A stretch of 64,000 bases of DNA from an uncultured bacterium (GTDB lineage: Bacteria; Auribacterota; Erginobacteria; Erginobacterales; CAZKCI01). Where the stretch lies: NCBI GenBank assembly GCA_964584165.1, contig CAZOYW010000007.1:32886-96885 (forward strand), written 5' to 3'. The notes beneath the pieces were generated by a model. That model saw nothing but the letters and a program-made list of their open reading frames with translations, ran no database searches and was not told where the DNA came from. Made by a program: the position numbers and the translations under genes. Positions 9,386-18,609 of the stretch are shown here, piece after piece. Within the stretch, counting starts at the first letter, position 1. The number at the start of each line of letters is the position of its first letter.

Positions 9386-10333
9386 ATGGCCAAGGCTCCC
9401 TCCCACGTCTACGGTCCCGTCCCCTCGCGCCGCCTGAAGCGCTCGTTGGGCGTGGACCTCGTCCCCTACAAGACCTGCACCTACGACTGCGTCTACTGCC
9501 AGCTGGGGCGGACGACGAACCGGACCGTCCGGCGGCGGGAGTATGTCCCGGTCCCGGCGATCCTCGCCGAGATCGAGGAGAAGCTTTCCCGGCGGCCCCT
9601 CCCCGACTACATCAGCCTGGCCGGGTCCGGCGAGCCGACGCTGAACACGGGCCTGGGCGACCTGATCGACGGGATCAAGCGGCTGACCCGGGTGCCGGTG
9701 GCCGTCCTCACCAACGGCTCACTCCTCTGGAAGCGGGAGGTGCAGGACTCCCTGATCTCCGCCGACTTGGTGCTCCCCTCCCTGGACGCCGGCGACGAGG
9801 GCCTTTTCCAGTGCGTCAACCGCCCCCACCGGAGCCTCGCCTTCGCCCGGACCGCCGAGGGGATCGCCGAATTCACCGCCCGTTTCCCGGGGAAGGTCTG
9901 GCTCGAGGTTTTTCTCCTGGCCGGGCTCACCGCCTGGGACCGGGAGGTGGAGAAGATCGCCCGCTGGGCGAAGAAGATCCGCCCGGAGCGCGTCCAGCTG
10001 AACACGGTCTCCCGCCCCCCGGCGGAGGATTTCGCCTTCGCGGTCGGCCGGGAGGAGCTGGAGAGGCTGGCGCGCCTCTTCCCCGGCCGGGCCGAGGTGA
10101 TCAACGAGAGCCCGAGGATCGCCGGAGGCGCCCGGAAGGCCGACGGAGCGGCCGACCGGGAGATCTTGAGCCTCCTGAACCGGCGCCCCTGCACCGTCCG
10201 GGGCGTGGCGCTCGGCCTCGGCCTGAACGCCGCCCAGGCCTCGAAAAGGCTGGAGGCGCTCTGCCGGAAGGGACTGGTCGGGATCGTGCGCCGCGACCGC
10301 GACCTCTTCTTCGACGCGATGAGGGCGCGATGA
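9386..10333 (+). CDS. radical SAM protein with C-terminal winged-helix-like domain
   Basis: CTYDCVYC (CxxxCxxC) in an HVYGPVPSRRL...context; GSGEPTL glycine-rich SAM motif. Confidence 0.8.
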   Translation: MAKAPSHVYGPVPSRRLKRSLGVDLVPYKTCTYDCVYCQLGRTTNRTVRRREYVPVPAILAEIEEKLSRRPLPDYISLAGSGEPTLNTGLGDLIDGIKRLTRVPVAVLTNGSLLWKREVQDSLISADLVLPSLDAGDEGLFQCVNRPHRSLAFARTAEGIAEFTARFPGKVWLEVFLLAGLTAWDREVEKIARWAKKIRPERVQLNTVSRPPAEDFAFAVGREELERLARLFPGRAEVINESPRIAGGARKADGAADREILSLLNRRPCTVRGVALGLGLNAAQASKRLEALCRKGLVGIVRRDRDLFFDAMRAR

Positions 10334-11202
10334 CGAAGGAGATCGTCATCGTCAGCGGCAAGGGCGGGACGGGCAAGACCAGCCTCGCCGCCTCCTTCGC
10401 CGTCCTCGCTTCCGGCCGGGCGGTCATCGCCGACTGCGACGTCGACGCGGCCGACCTCCACCTCGTCCTCTCCCCCCGGGTCGTCGAGCGGCACGCCTTC
10501 CGGAGCGGGAACGAGGCCTCGATCCGGGCGGCGGACTGCACGGCCTGCGGGCTCTGCCAAAAGCTCTGCCGCTACGGCGCCATCGCTCCGGCCGCGGGGA
10601 AGTTCGCCGTCGACCCCGTCTCCTGCGAGGGATGCGGAGTCTGCGTCCGCTTCTGCCCGGAGCGGGCGATCGACTTCCCCGAGCGGGAGTGCGGGGAGTG
10701 GATGGTCTCCGAGACCCGCTGCGGGCCCTTCTTCCACGCCCGCCTCCAGGCGGCGGCGGAAAACTCCGGGAAGCTCGTCACCGCCGTCCGCCGCGCCGCC
10801 CGGGAGCGCGCCGAGAAGTCCGCCGCCCCTCTCCTCCTCGTCGACGGCCCGCCCGGGATCGGCTGCCCGGTGATCGCCGCCCTGACCGGCTCTTCGCTCG
10901 CGGCGGTGGTGACCGAGCCCACCGTCTCGGGCGAGCACGACCTTGCGCGGGTGCTGGCGCTCGCCCGCCACTTCCGGGTGCCGGCCGCGGTCTGCGTGAA
11001 CAAGTGGGACATCAACCCCCTCCTCTCCGAACGGATCGAGCGGTCGGCCGCGGCGGCGGGCGCCCTCCTCGCCGGGCGGGTCCGCTACGACAGCGGGGTG
11101 ACCGCGGCCCAGATCCGGGGGAGGGCGGCGGTGGAGACGGAGGCCGCCTCGGCCGAGGATATCCGCCGGGTCTGGCGGCGGCTGGAGGAGGCGGCGTCTT
11201 GA
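10330..11202 (+). CDS. MinD/CooC-type P-loop ATPase with inserted ferredoxin domain (second copy)
   Basis: ATGA overlap with the radical SAM gene. SGKGGTGKTS; CTACGLCQKLCRYG and CEGCGVCVRFCP. Confidence 0.8.
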   Translation: MTKEIVIVSGKGGTGKTSLAASFAVLASGRAVIADCDVDAADLHLVLSPRVVERHAFRSGNEASIRAADCTACGLCQKLCRYGAIAPAAGKFAVDPVSCEGCGVCVRFCPERAIDFPERECGEWMVSETRCGPFFHARLQAAAENSGKLVTAVRRAARERAEKSAAPLLLVDGPPGIGCPVIAALTGSSLAAVVTEPTVSGEHDLARVLALARHFRVPAAVCVNKWDINPLLSERIERSAAAAGALLAGRVRYDSGVTAAQIRGRAAVETEAASAEDIRRVWRRLEEAAS

Positions 11203-11289
11203 GCCGGGAAACCGCCAATGGGCGCGGGGCGGCCAGCCGTCCGATTCGTCGGATCCGACCGATCCGTCCGATCGGAGCGCGCGGCCGGA

Positions 11290-11410
11290 CGGGCCCGGCG
11301 GATGAAACCACGAATCGCGCGAATCTTCACGAAAGAGCCGGGGCGCTATGCTCCATGCGCGCGGTTGGGCCCGGCGGATGGAATCGCAAATTACACGGAT
11401 TTCATGGAGG
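11290..11410. repeat. intergenic ACGAAT-heptad repeat element (locus A); tandem units beginning GGGCCCGGCGGATG
   Basis: ccacgaatcgcgcgaatcttcacgaa with about 10-bp phasing. Related arrays at 50841, 54381, 58350 and 60583. Confidence 0.5.
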
Positions 11411-11450
11411 GGGCGTTTCCTGATCACTGATTACTGAGGATACCAATGCC

Positions 11451-12785
11451 ATGACCAGAGAGAGACCTTCACCGGCTGACGGACGGGACTCCGGCCTCCC
11501 GTCCTCCCCCGGCGGCGCCTCCGCCGCCTCCCCCCGCCGGCCCGGGGAGAGCGAGCGGGAGTTCGCGGACCGCCAAAAGCTCGAGTCGCGCCTCGGCCGC
11601 ATCCGCCGCCGGATCGTCGTCCTCTCCGGCAAGGGCGGCGTCGGGAAGTCCACCGTGGCGGTCAACCTGGCCGCGGCCCTCGCCCGCGCGGGCGAGAAAA
11701 CCGGCCTCCTCGACGTCGACATCCACGGCCCCAGCATCCCCACCATGCTCGGCCTGGAGGGGGCAATCCCCGCCGCCGACGGGAAGGAGTTCGTCCCGGT
11801 GGAGGCGGAGGGGATCCGGGTCATGTCGCTCGGCTTCCTCCTGGCGAGCCCCGACGACGCCGTAATCTGGCGTGGGCCGCTCAAGATGGGCGTCATCCGC
11901 CAGTTCCTCTCCGACGTGGCCTGGGGGGAGCTCGACTTCCTCGTCGTCGACTCGCCCCCGGGGACGGGCGACGAGCCGCTCTCCCTCTGCCAGCTCCTCG
12001 GCCGGGTAGACGGGGCGGTGATCGTGACCACCCCCCAGAAGGTGGCCGCCGTGGACGTCCGCAAGTGCGTCACCTTCTGCCGCAAGCTCGCCGTCCCGGT
12101 GCTGGGCGTGGTCGAGAACATGGCCGCCTTCGCCTGCCCGAAGTGCGGGGAGATCACCCCCATCTTCAGCGCCGGGGGAGGGCGGGCGCTGGCCGAGGGG
12201 ATGGGCGTCCCCTTCCTCGGCTCGATCCCGATCGACCCCCTCATCGCCGAGTCCGGCGACCGGGGTCTTCCTTTCATCCGCCACTACGCCGGAACCCCCA
12301 CCGCCCGGATCATGGAGGAGATCATCCGCCCGATCCTGGCCCTGGACCCGAAAGAATCAGCGGCAGTAACCGTGGGAGCGGCAGCCCGCCCCGAGCGCAT
12401 CGAAGGGTCCCCGCCGCGACAACGAAACCAGAGGAGGATGCCAACCATGAGGATCGCCATCCCGATCACCGGGGGCGCGCTCTCGGCCCACTTCGGCCAC
12501 TGCGAGACCTTCGCCCTGATCGACGTCGACCCAGAGGCGAAGAAGATCGTCCGGCGGACGGATCTCGAGCCGCCCCCCCACGAGCCGGGCCTTCTCCCGG
12601 CCTGGCTCAAGGAGAAGGGCGCGGAGCTGATCATCGCCGGAGGCATGGGCCAACGCGCCCAGGACCTCTTCGCGGAAAACGGCATCCAGGTGCTGGTCGG
12701 CGCCCCGTCCGAGAAGCCGGGGAAGCTGGCGGCGGATTACCTCAACGGGACACTGCGCACGGGTGAGAACGTCTGCGACCACTGA
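11451..12785 (+). CDS. Mrp/NBP35/ApbC-family Fe-S cluster carrier ATPase fused to C-terminal NifB/NifX-like domain
   Basis: SGKGGVGKST Walker A. CPKCGE ApbC-type CxxC. C-terminal MRIAIPITGGALSAHFGHCETFALIDVD...GIQVLVG NifX-like domain. Confidence 0.85.
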   Translation: MTRERPSPADGRDSGLPSSPGGASAASPRRPGESEREFADRQKLESRLGRIRRRIVVLSGKGGVGKSTVAVNLAAALARAGEKTGLLDVDIHGPSIPTMLGLEGAIPAADGKEFVPVEAEGIRVMSLGFLLASPDDAVIWRGPLKMGVIRQFLSDVAWGELDFLVVDSPPGTGDEPLSLCQLLGRVDGAVIVTTPQKVAAVDVRKCVTFCRKLAVPVLGVVENMAAFACPKCGEITPIFSAGGGRALAEGMGVPFLGSIPIDPLIAESGDRGLPFIRHYAGTPTARIMEEIIRPILALDPKESAAVTVGAAARPERIEGSPPRQRNQRRMPTMRIAIPITGGALSAHFGHCETFALIDVDPEAKKIVRRTDLEPPPHEPGLLPAWLKEKGAELIIAGGMGQRAQDLFAENGIQVLVGAPSEKPGKLAADYLNGTLRTGENVCDH

Positions 12786-13227
12786 TCGGCCCGGATCGCC
12801 GGCCCGCTCGGCCGGAAACCGCCATGGGCACGCCCACTGCCTGATGTGCGGCGACGAGAATCCCCTGTCTCTCGGTTTGCGCTTCCGGACCGGGAAGAAG
12901 GGGACGGTTTGGACGCGGTTCCAGGCCCGGCGCCTCTTCCAGGGATACGAGGGGATCCTCCACGGCGGCGTGATCTGCGCCCTCCTGGACGCGGCGATGA
13001 CCCACTGCCTTTTCCACGGCGGGGTGCGCGCGGTGACCGGGGATATGCGCGTGCGCTTCTCCCGGCCGGTCCCCTGCCGGGCCGTCCTCCATCTGCGGGC
13101 CTGGCCGCTGTCGATGCGCCCGCCCCTCTACCGGGTCGCCGCCGCGCTGCTCGAGGGCCGACGGGCCATGGCCCGGGCCGAGGCCAGGTTCATGCTCTAT
13201 CCACGGGGCGAACGGCGTAGATCATGA
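12763..13227 (+). CDS. PaaI/hotdog-fold thioesterase family protein
   Basis: HCLMCGDENPLSLGL, then GILHGGVICALLDAAM, characteristic of PaaI-type thioesterases. Start uncertain (12763 overlaps the upstream gene by 23 nt). Confidence 0.55.
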   Translation: MRTSATTDRPGSPARSAGNRHGHAHCLMCGDENPLSLGLRFRTGKKGTVWTRFQARRLFQGYEGILHGGVICALLDAAMTHCLFHGGVRAVTGDMRVRFSRPVPCRAVLHLRAWPLSMRPPLYRVAAALLEGRRAMARAEARFMLYPRGERRRS

Positions 13228-14051
13228 GGATCACCATTCTCGTCGACAATGCGGGCGCGGCCGGCCTGCGCGCCGAGCACGGTCTCTCCCTCTGGATCGA
13301 GGCGCGGGGGCGGCGCATCCTGTTCGACACGGGGCAGGGGAACGCCCTTAGGGGCAACGCCCGAGGTCTTCGCGCGCCGCTCGAGAGAACAGACACGATT
13401 GTTCTCAGCCACGGCCACTACGACCACGCGGGGGGGCTGGCCGGAGTCTTGAAACTCGCGCCCGCCGCGCGGCTGATCGTCCATCCGTCCGCCCTCTTCC
13501 CGAGATTCAGCCTCCCAGCCGGGAAGCCTCCGCGTTCCATCGGCTTCCCGCCGTCCGCCCTATCCGCGTGCCTGCGCGCCCGTCCCGGACAGATCATCTG
13601 GGCGACGAGGCCCGTTTTCATCGCCCGCGGAGTGGGCGTCACCGGGCCGATCGTCCGGCGGACCGCCTACGAGGACTCGGGGGGGCCGTTCTACCTCGAC
13701 ACCGGCGGGCGGGAGAAGGATCCCTTCGCGGACGATCAGGCGCTGTGGATCGAATCGCCCGCGGGGGTGATCGTCTGCGTGGGCTGCTGCCACGCCGGCC
13801 TGGTCAACACCCTGAACCAGGTCCGGCGGACGACCGGCGCGCGGAGGATCCGGGCGGTGATCGGGGGCTTTCACCTCGGAGCGGCGGGCCAAGACCGCTT
13901 GCGGCGGACCGCCGACGCCCTGGGGGCGCTGTCGCCGGAACTGATGGCCCCCTGCCATTGCACGGGCGAGAAAGCCGTCCGCGTCCTTCGGAAAGCCCTG
14001 GGCGAAGCGGTCGTCAGCGTGCGGGCGGGTTCGACCTTCACCTTCCGCTGA
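13224..14051 (+). CDS. MBL-fold metallo-hydrolase
   Basis: LSHGHYDHAGG (HxHxDH) motif. ATGA overlap with the upstream gene. Confidence 0.7.
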   Translation: MRITILVDNAGAAGLRAEHGLSLWIEARGRRILFDTGQGNALRGNARGLRAPLERTDTIVLSHGHYDHAGGLAGVLKLAPAARLIVHPSALFPRFSLPAGKPPRSIGFPPSALSACLRARPGQIIWATRPVFIARGVGVTGPIVRRTAYEDSGGPFYLDTGGREKDPFADDQALWIESPAGVIVCVGCCHAGLVNTLNQVRRTTGARRIRAVIGGFHLGAAGQDRLRRTADALGALSPELMAPCHCTGEKAVRVLRKALGEAVVSVRAGSTFTFR

Positions 14052-14147
14052 CCGCGCGCGGCCGAGTGGTTGTGGAATGTGCGTTCCCTGGGAGGTGCGT
14101 CTTGCCTGTCCCGATCACGATTAAATTTGATCACAAGAGGAAATCGT

Positions 14148-14630
14148 TTATGGCCGCTCGGGAGCGGCGTCACCGTGGAGCGCCAGGTAGTTCGCCAGCG
14201 CGTTGTGGAGCGTAGTCGTGGCGAGCAGGCAGCAGTGCCAGTGGGAGCGGGGGAGGCGCCCCAGGTCCTTGAGCAGGGCCCGGGGAGAAATCCCGAAGGC
14301 CTCCTCCAGCGTCTTCCCCTCGGCCAGCTCCGTGATCGCCTCGCCGCAGGCGGTGGTGACACCGCAGCCGTCGGTCTCGTAACGGGCCGCGACGATCCGG
14401 TCGTTCTTAAGGGAGAGGTAGACCGCCATCGTGTCGCCGCAGATCCCCCGGTTCCGGGCGAAGCCGTCCGGGCGATCGATCGTCCCCCGCCGCCGGGGGT
14501 GCGACCAGAGCTCGACCACGCGCGGCGAGAACTCCTTGCGGGCCTGCTCGTTGAGCGCCTCCTGGATCGCCCGGAGGACGGGATCGTCCGAAGCCGGATC
14601 CGGTTCGGTTCTCTTTTCTGGCTTGCTCAT
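14148..14630 (-). CDS. IscU/NifU N-terminal-like Fe-S cluster scaffold protein
   Basis: GICGDTMAVYL...ETDGCGVTTACGEA...GKTLEEA...HCCLLATTTL: three conserved scaffold Cys in IscU-like spacing. Confidence 0.7.
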   Translation of the reverse strand: MSKPEKRTEPDPASDDPVLRAIQEALNEQARKEFSPRVVELWSHPRRRGTIDRPDGFARNRGICGDTMAVYLSLKNDRIVAARYETDGCGVTTACGEAITELAEGKTLEEAFGISPRALLKDLGRLPRSHWHCCLLATTTLHNALANYLALHGDAAPERP

Positions 14631-14837
14631 GCCTGTCCTTCCGGGGAAAGCCCCGCGGTCAGTCGGCGTAGGAAGACCCTCAGGCGGGCGGCGAAGGCCG
14701 AGTTCAGGACGACCGCGACCAGGGCGATTTTCTGCCGGGTGTTCACATGCGGCCTTGCGCGGGGCGGGGTGACATTGTGAGCATATGCTGGTAATATCCC
14801 CCTGTCAAGGATCGCCGGGCGGGAAGCAAGAGGGGAT

Positions 14838-15305
14838 ATGCCGCAACTGGAGAAGGGCGGGAAGCATGTTTTCGGCTGGTCGGTCGTCGGAAGGGACGGC
14901 CGGGTCCGGATCCCCGCCGAGGCGCTGCGGGAATACCGCCTGCGGGCCGGAGAGCGGGTCATCCTGGTCTCGGGCAGCCGGACCTCGGGGGGGTTCGGAC
15001 TGACCCGGCGGTCCTTCCTCGTCCGCTCGCCGCTGCGGCGGCTCCTCCAGGAGAACCCCCGCCTCGACCGCTACCGCCTCCGGGAAGGCGAACCGCTGCG
15101 CCACCGCTGGCGCTTCCTCTGCTGGCTTAAGATCCGCCGGGGCGGGATCGTCCGCCTCCCCCCCGCGGCGCGGGCGGCCTACGGCCTCCGGGGCGGAGAC
15201 CGCCTGATGTCGGTCCGCTCCAGCGACATCGCCATCGGCTTCGCCGCGAAGGGCCCCCTGGTCGCGGTGGGGAGGAAGCACCCGGAGATCGAGGTGTTCG
15301 TCTAG
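14838..15305 (+). CDS. hypothetical protein with two AbrB/MazE/SpoVT-like swapped-hairpin motifs
   Basis: VGRDGRVRIPAEALREYRLRAGERV and IRRGGIVRLPPAARAAYGLRGGDRL resemble the AbrB-type DNA-binding consensus. Low complexity makes this uncertain. Confidence 0.35.
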   Translation: MPQLEKGGKHVFGWSVVGRDGRVRIPAEALREYRLRAGERVILVSGSRTSGGFGLTRRSFLVRSPLRRLLQENPRLDRYRLREGEPLRHRWRFLCWLKIRRGGIVRLPPAARAAYGLRGGDRLMSVRSSDIAIGFAAKGPLVAVGRKHPEIEVFV

Positions 15306-15322
15306 GTCCGGGGAAACAAGCC

Positions 15323-16066
15323 ATGGATACGAGAGGAAGGGAATTCCTGAAGGATGGCGTGCGGAAATCGGTCGACTTCTCCCGGACGCCGCAGGCCCGG
15401 GGGATTGAGCCGCCGCCGCCCCAGAAGCCGCCCCGGCCGGTCGAGCGGATCATCGCCCTCTCCCCGCCGGGGGCTTGGCGGACCGTTCCGAAACTCGGCC
15501 TGGAAGAGGCGATCGCGCGGCGGCGATCGCGGCGCGACTTCCTCGCTCAGCCCCTCTCGATGGAGGAACTTTCCTTCCTCCTCTGGGCGACGCAGGGGCT
15601 CCGGCCGGGCAGCCCTCCGGGGGGGAACTTCCGCACCGTCCCGTCCGCCGGCTGCCGCCACGCCCTGGAGAGCTACGTCGCGGCCTTGCGCGTCGCCGGC
15701 CTCGCCCCGGCGATCTACCGCTACCTCCCCCTCGACCACGCCCTGGTCGAAGCCGTCCGCCCCGCCGATCTCGCGGAGCGGCTGGTCCGGGCGACCTTCG
15801 GCCAGCGCTTCTGCGGGGAGGGCGCCGCGACCTTCGCCTGGACGGCCGTCCCCGCCCGGATGGAGTGGCGCTACGCCTCGGCCTCCTACAAGGTGATCGC
15901 CCTCGACGCCGGCCACGTCTGCCAGAACCTCTACCTGGCCGGAGAGAGCATCGGCACCGGGGTCTGCGCCGTCGCCGCCTACGAGCAGGACCTCATGGAC
16001 GAGCTCCTGGGCGTCGATGGCGAGGAGGAGTTCACTCTCTATCTCGCCGCCGTCGGCAAGCGATGA
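15323..16066 (+). CDS. SagB-type dehydrogenase domain protein (nitroreductase superfamily)
   Basis: RRSRRDF...ELSFLLWATQG...TVPSAGCRHALESYV pattern. Confidence 0.7.
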   Translation: MDTRGREFLKDGVRKSVDFSRTPQARGIEPPPPQKPPRPVERIIALSPPGAWRTVPKLGLEEAIARRRSRRDFLAQPLSMEELSFLLWATQGLRPGSPPGGNFRTVPSAGCRHALESYVAALRVAGLAPAIYRYLPLDHALVEAVRPADLAERLVRATFGQRFCGEGAATFAWTAVPARMEWRYASASYKVIALDAGHVCQNLYLAGESIGTGVCAVAAYEQDLMDELLGVDGEEEFTLYLAAVGKR

Positions 16067-16641
16067 GATCCCACGTGGAAACCTGGCTGGAGGGGGACGG
16101 GGCCGCATTCCTCCGGCGGATCGGCCTGAAGCCGGGCGACCGGGTCCTGGACTTCGGCTGCGGCCGCGGCCACTACTCCATCCCGGCAGCGCAGGTGGTG
16201 GGAACGGCGGGGCGGGTGCTGGCCATGGACAAGGAGGGGAAGGCCCTGGAAGGGCTGAAGCAGTGGGCGGAAAAGTTCGGGCTGACCAACCTCGAACCCC
16301 GGCTGACCGCCGGCGCGCTCGCCGTCGATTCCCCCGACGGGTCCTTCGACGCGATCCTGGCCTACGACGTCATCCACTACCCGGAGCGGCGGGAGCCGCT
16401 CTTCGCGGAATTCCACCGGGTCCTGAAGGGGGGAGGCTTCCTCTCCGTCTATCCCAAGCACCGCCGGGGGGACCACCCCCTCCCCCCGATGGCTTGCCTG
16501 TCCCTGGATGAGATCGTCGCGGAGGTCGCCGGGGCCGGCTTTTCCCCGCGCCGGAGATTCTACGAGCGCCTCCTCCACGATGAGAGCTACAATCAGGGGG
16601 TGGTGATTAACTTCGCTTGGAGGACGCGACGATGCCGGTGA
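16063..16641 (+). CDS. class I SAM-dependent methyltransferase
   Basis: ATGA overlap with the SagB gene. Motif I VLDFGCGRGHYS; post-I DAILAYDVIHY. Confidence 0.7.
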   Translation: MRSHVETWLEGDGAAFLRRIGLKPGDRVLDFGCGRGHYSIPAAQVVGTAGRVLAMDKEGKALEGLKQWAEKFGLTNLEPRLTAGALAVDSPDGSFDAILAYDVIHYPERREPLFAEFHRVLKGGGFLSVYPKHRRGDHPLPPMACLSLDEIVAEVAGAGFSPRRRFYERLLHDESYNQGVVINFAWRTRRCR

Positions 16642-16769
16642 TGGAGATCACCTTCGTCCCGGGCGTCCGGCGGGTGGTCACCTCGATCCGGATCGACGAT
16701 CGTCGGGACAAGCTCCTGACCATGCAGGGCAAGCTGGCCTCGGTCCGCCGGAGACTCCAGCCCAAATAG
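16632..16769 (+). CDS. small hypothetical ORF (45 aa)
   Basis: ATG overlapping the upstream stop. No domain. Confidence 0.2.
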   Translation: MPVMEITFVPGVRRVVTSIRIDDRRDKLLTMQGKLASVRRRLQPK

Positions 16770-16785
16770 AGGGGGCTCTTCCCGC

Positions 16786-17220
16786 TCAGCGCTGGATCGG
16801 GTTCCCTTTCTCGTCCCAGTCCTGGCGGCTCACCTCCACTCCGTCGCGGTTTTCGATCTCCTCCGCCAGCTGTCCGTTCTCGTACCAGCTCCTCCAGGTG
16901 CCGACCGGAACGCCGTACCGATAGCCGTGCTCCGACTTCTTCTGGCCGTTCTCGTACCAGGACGTCTGCATCCCGTCCTGCACCCCGTCCCGATACCAGA
17001 TCTCCGCCTTCTTCTGCCCGCTCGGGTAGCGCCGGACGACCGCGCCGGTGAACGGGGTCTTCGAGCCGGACTCGAACTTGGTCTCCTTCACCTCGAACAG
17101 TGTGCTTCCGTCCACCACCCTCCCCTCGCCCGCCTCCGCCGGAACCGTCGTCTCGTTCCGGGCGCACCCCGCCCCGGCCAACGCCGCCGCCAGCCCGACC
17201 AGCGCCCAGGTGGTCCTCAC
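16786..17220 (-). CDS. MORN-repeat (YwqK-like) lipoprotein
   Basis: GTG start preceded by AAGGAGGG. Signal peptide with lipobox LAGAGC. Repeated WYENGQKK/YRDGVQDG/WYENGQ MORN-variant units. The remainder of the 1038-aa ORF in the track is a GC artefact. Confidence 0.65.
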   Translation of the reverse strand: MRTTWALVGLAAALAGAGCARNETTVPAEAGEGRVVDGSTLFEVKETKFESGSKTPFTGAVVRRYPSGQKKAEIWYRDGVQDGMQTSWYENGQKKSEHGYRYGVPVGTWRSWYENGQLAEEIENRDGVEVSRQDWDEKGNPIQR

Positions 17221-17231
17221 GCTCTCCCTCC

Positions 17232-17894
17232 TTACAAGTTCTTCTTGGAGAAGAACCAGTCCGTGCACTCGATCCCCTTCTCCCTCACCCGCTCCTCGGC
17301 CCCCTTCTGGGTCCGCGGCGGGGGCACGATCACCTTGTCGCCGGGGCGCCAGTTGGCCGGGGTGGCCACGCCGTGCTTGTCGGTGGTCTGGAGCGCCTGG
17401 ATCAGGCGCAGGATCTCGTCCATGTTCCGCCCGGTGGAGAGCGGATAGTAGATGATGGCCCGGATCGTCTGCTCGAGGTCGATCACGAAGACGCAGCGGG
17501 AGGTCTCCGTCTTGCTGTCCCCCGGCATGATCATCCCGTAGAGCGACGCCACGTTCTTGTCCAGGTCGGCGATGATCGGGAAGGTGAGCTTTCGGCCAAA
17601 CTTCTCCTCGACCGTCCTCGCCCAGGCGATGTGCGAGTAGACGCTGTCGATGGAGAGCCCCAAAAGCTCGCAGTTGAGCTCGCGGAGCTTCCCGTGGATC
17701 TCGGCGAAGGCGATGAACTCCGTCGTGCAGACCGGCGTGAAGTCGGCCGGGTGGGAGAACATGATCAGCCACTTGCCCTTGAAGTCGGAGAGCTTCAGGG
17801 GCCCGAAGGTGGTGACCGCCTCGAACTGCGGGGCGGGGTCTCCGATCCGGGGAAAGGTCGGGCACGGGGCCTCGGCGGTTGTTTTTTCTTCCAT
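17232..17894 (-). CDS. peroxiredoxin (1-Cys/Prx6-like)
   Basis: FTPVCTTE peroxidatic Cys motif. AAGGAGG RBS. Confidence 0.9.
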   Translation of the reverse strand: MEEKTTAEAPCPTFPRIGDPAPQFEAVTTFGPLKLSDFKGKWLIMFSHPADFTPVCTTEFIAFAEIHGKLRELNCELLGLSIDSVYSHIAWARTVEEKFGRKLTFPIIADLDKNVASLYGMIMPGDSKTETSRCVFVIDLEQTIRAIIYYPLSTGRNMDEILRLIQALQTTDKHGVATPANWRPGDKVIVPPPRTQKGAEERVREKGIECTDWFFSKKNL

Positions 17895-18075
17895 GGGTAT
17901 GCCTCCTTGGGCTCTTAAACCCGTTAAGCGCGTTTGCGCATCTTCTTCTTAGTTTAATCCGTCTTCCCGGCCCCGTCAAACCCCCAGCGGCGAGCCGAAA
18001 GTAGGACGCTTCTGCAATTAAACCCCGTCCCTCCTCCCTTTTCATTGGACAGCATGATAGGGAAGCGCTAAAAAG

Positions 18076-18579
18076 ATGCGACGAGGCGATGGGAGAAATA
18101 ACGCCGTGGAAGACATGGACTTCAGGATTCAAGCCGCTCTGGTGACGGCGGCGGCGGTCGTCATCACCGCGGTGACGAGCCAGGCGATCAAGATCTTTTC
18201 CGACCTCCACGACCGCCGGCGCCGCCATCGAATAAGCCTGATGAACCTCCGCAACGAGCTCGTCGTCAACCTCTCCCTGGCCCGGGCGATGACCGTCTGC
18301 AGCCGCACCTTCGGGATGCGCTTCATCGACTCCGTCTGGACGACGGGGGACACCTCGGTCATCTACCTCGGCCGCCAGCCCGCGGAGAGGATCCTCGCCG
18401 CCTACACGAAGATGCAGCTCTTCAATTGCCTGAACGAGCGCTACCAGCTGATCGCCCGGTCCCCGGAGTATGGACCCAGCCGCGGTCAGCGCCTGGTGGA
18501 CGAGCAGAAGGAGCAGGCCGACCTCGCCGCCGAAATCGAACGGCTCCTCGCCGAACTCGTTCCGGCGATCCGGATCTGA
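18076..18579 (+). CDS. hypothetical protein, N-terminal TM helix
   Basis: ORF with a hydrophobic stretch ALVTAAAVVITAVT. No recognisable domain. An alternative start at 18115 is possible. Confidence 0.35.
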   Translation: MRRGDGRNNAVEDMDFRIQAALVTAAAVVITAVTSQAIKIFSDLHDRRRRHRISLMNLRNELVVNLSLARAMTVCSRTFGMRFIDSVWTTGDTSVIYLGRQPAERILAAYTKMQLFNCLNERYQLIARSPEYGPSRGQRLVDEQKEQADLAAEIERLLAELVPAIRI

Positions 18580-18609
18580 GCCTAGGGGCAGCGGGGAGGC
18601 CACCCATCC

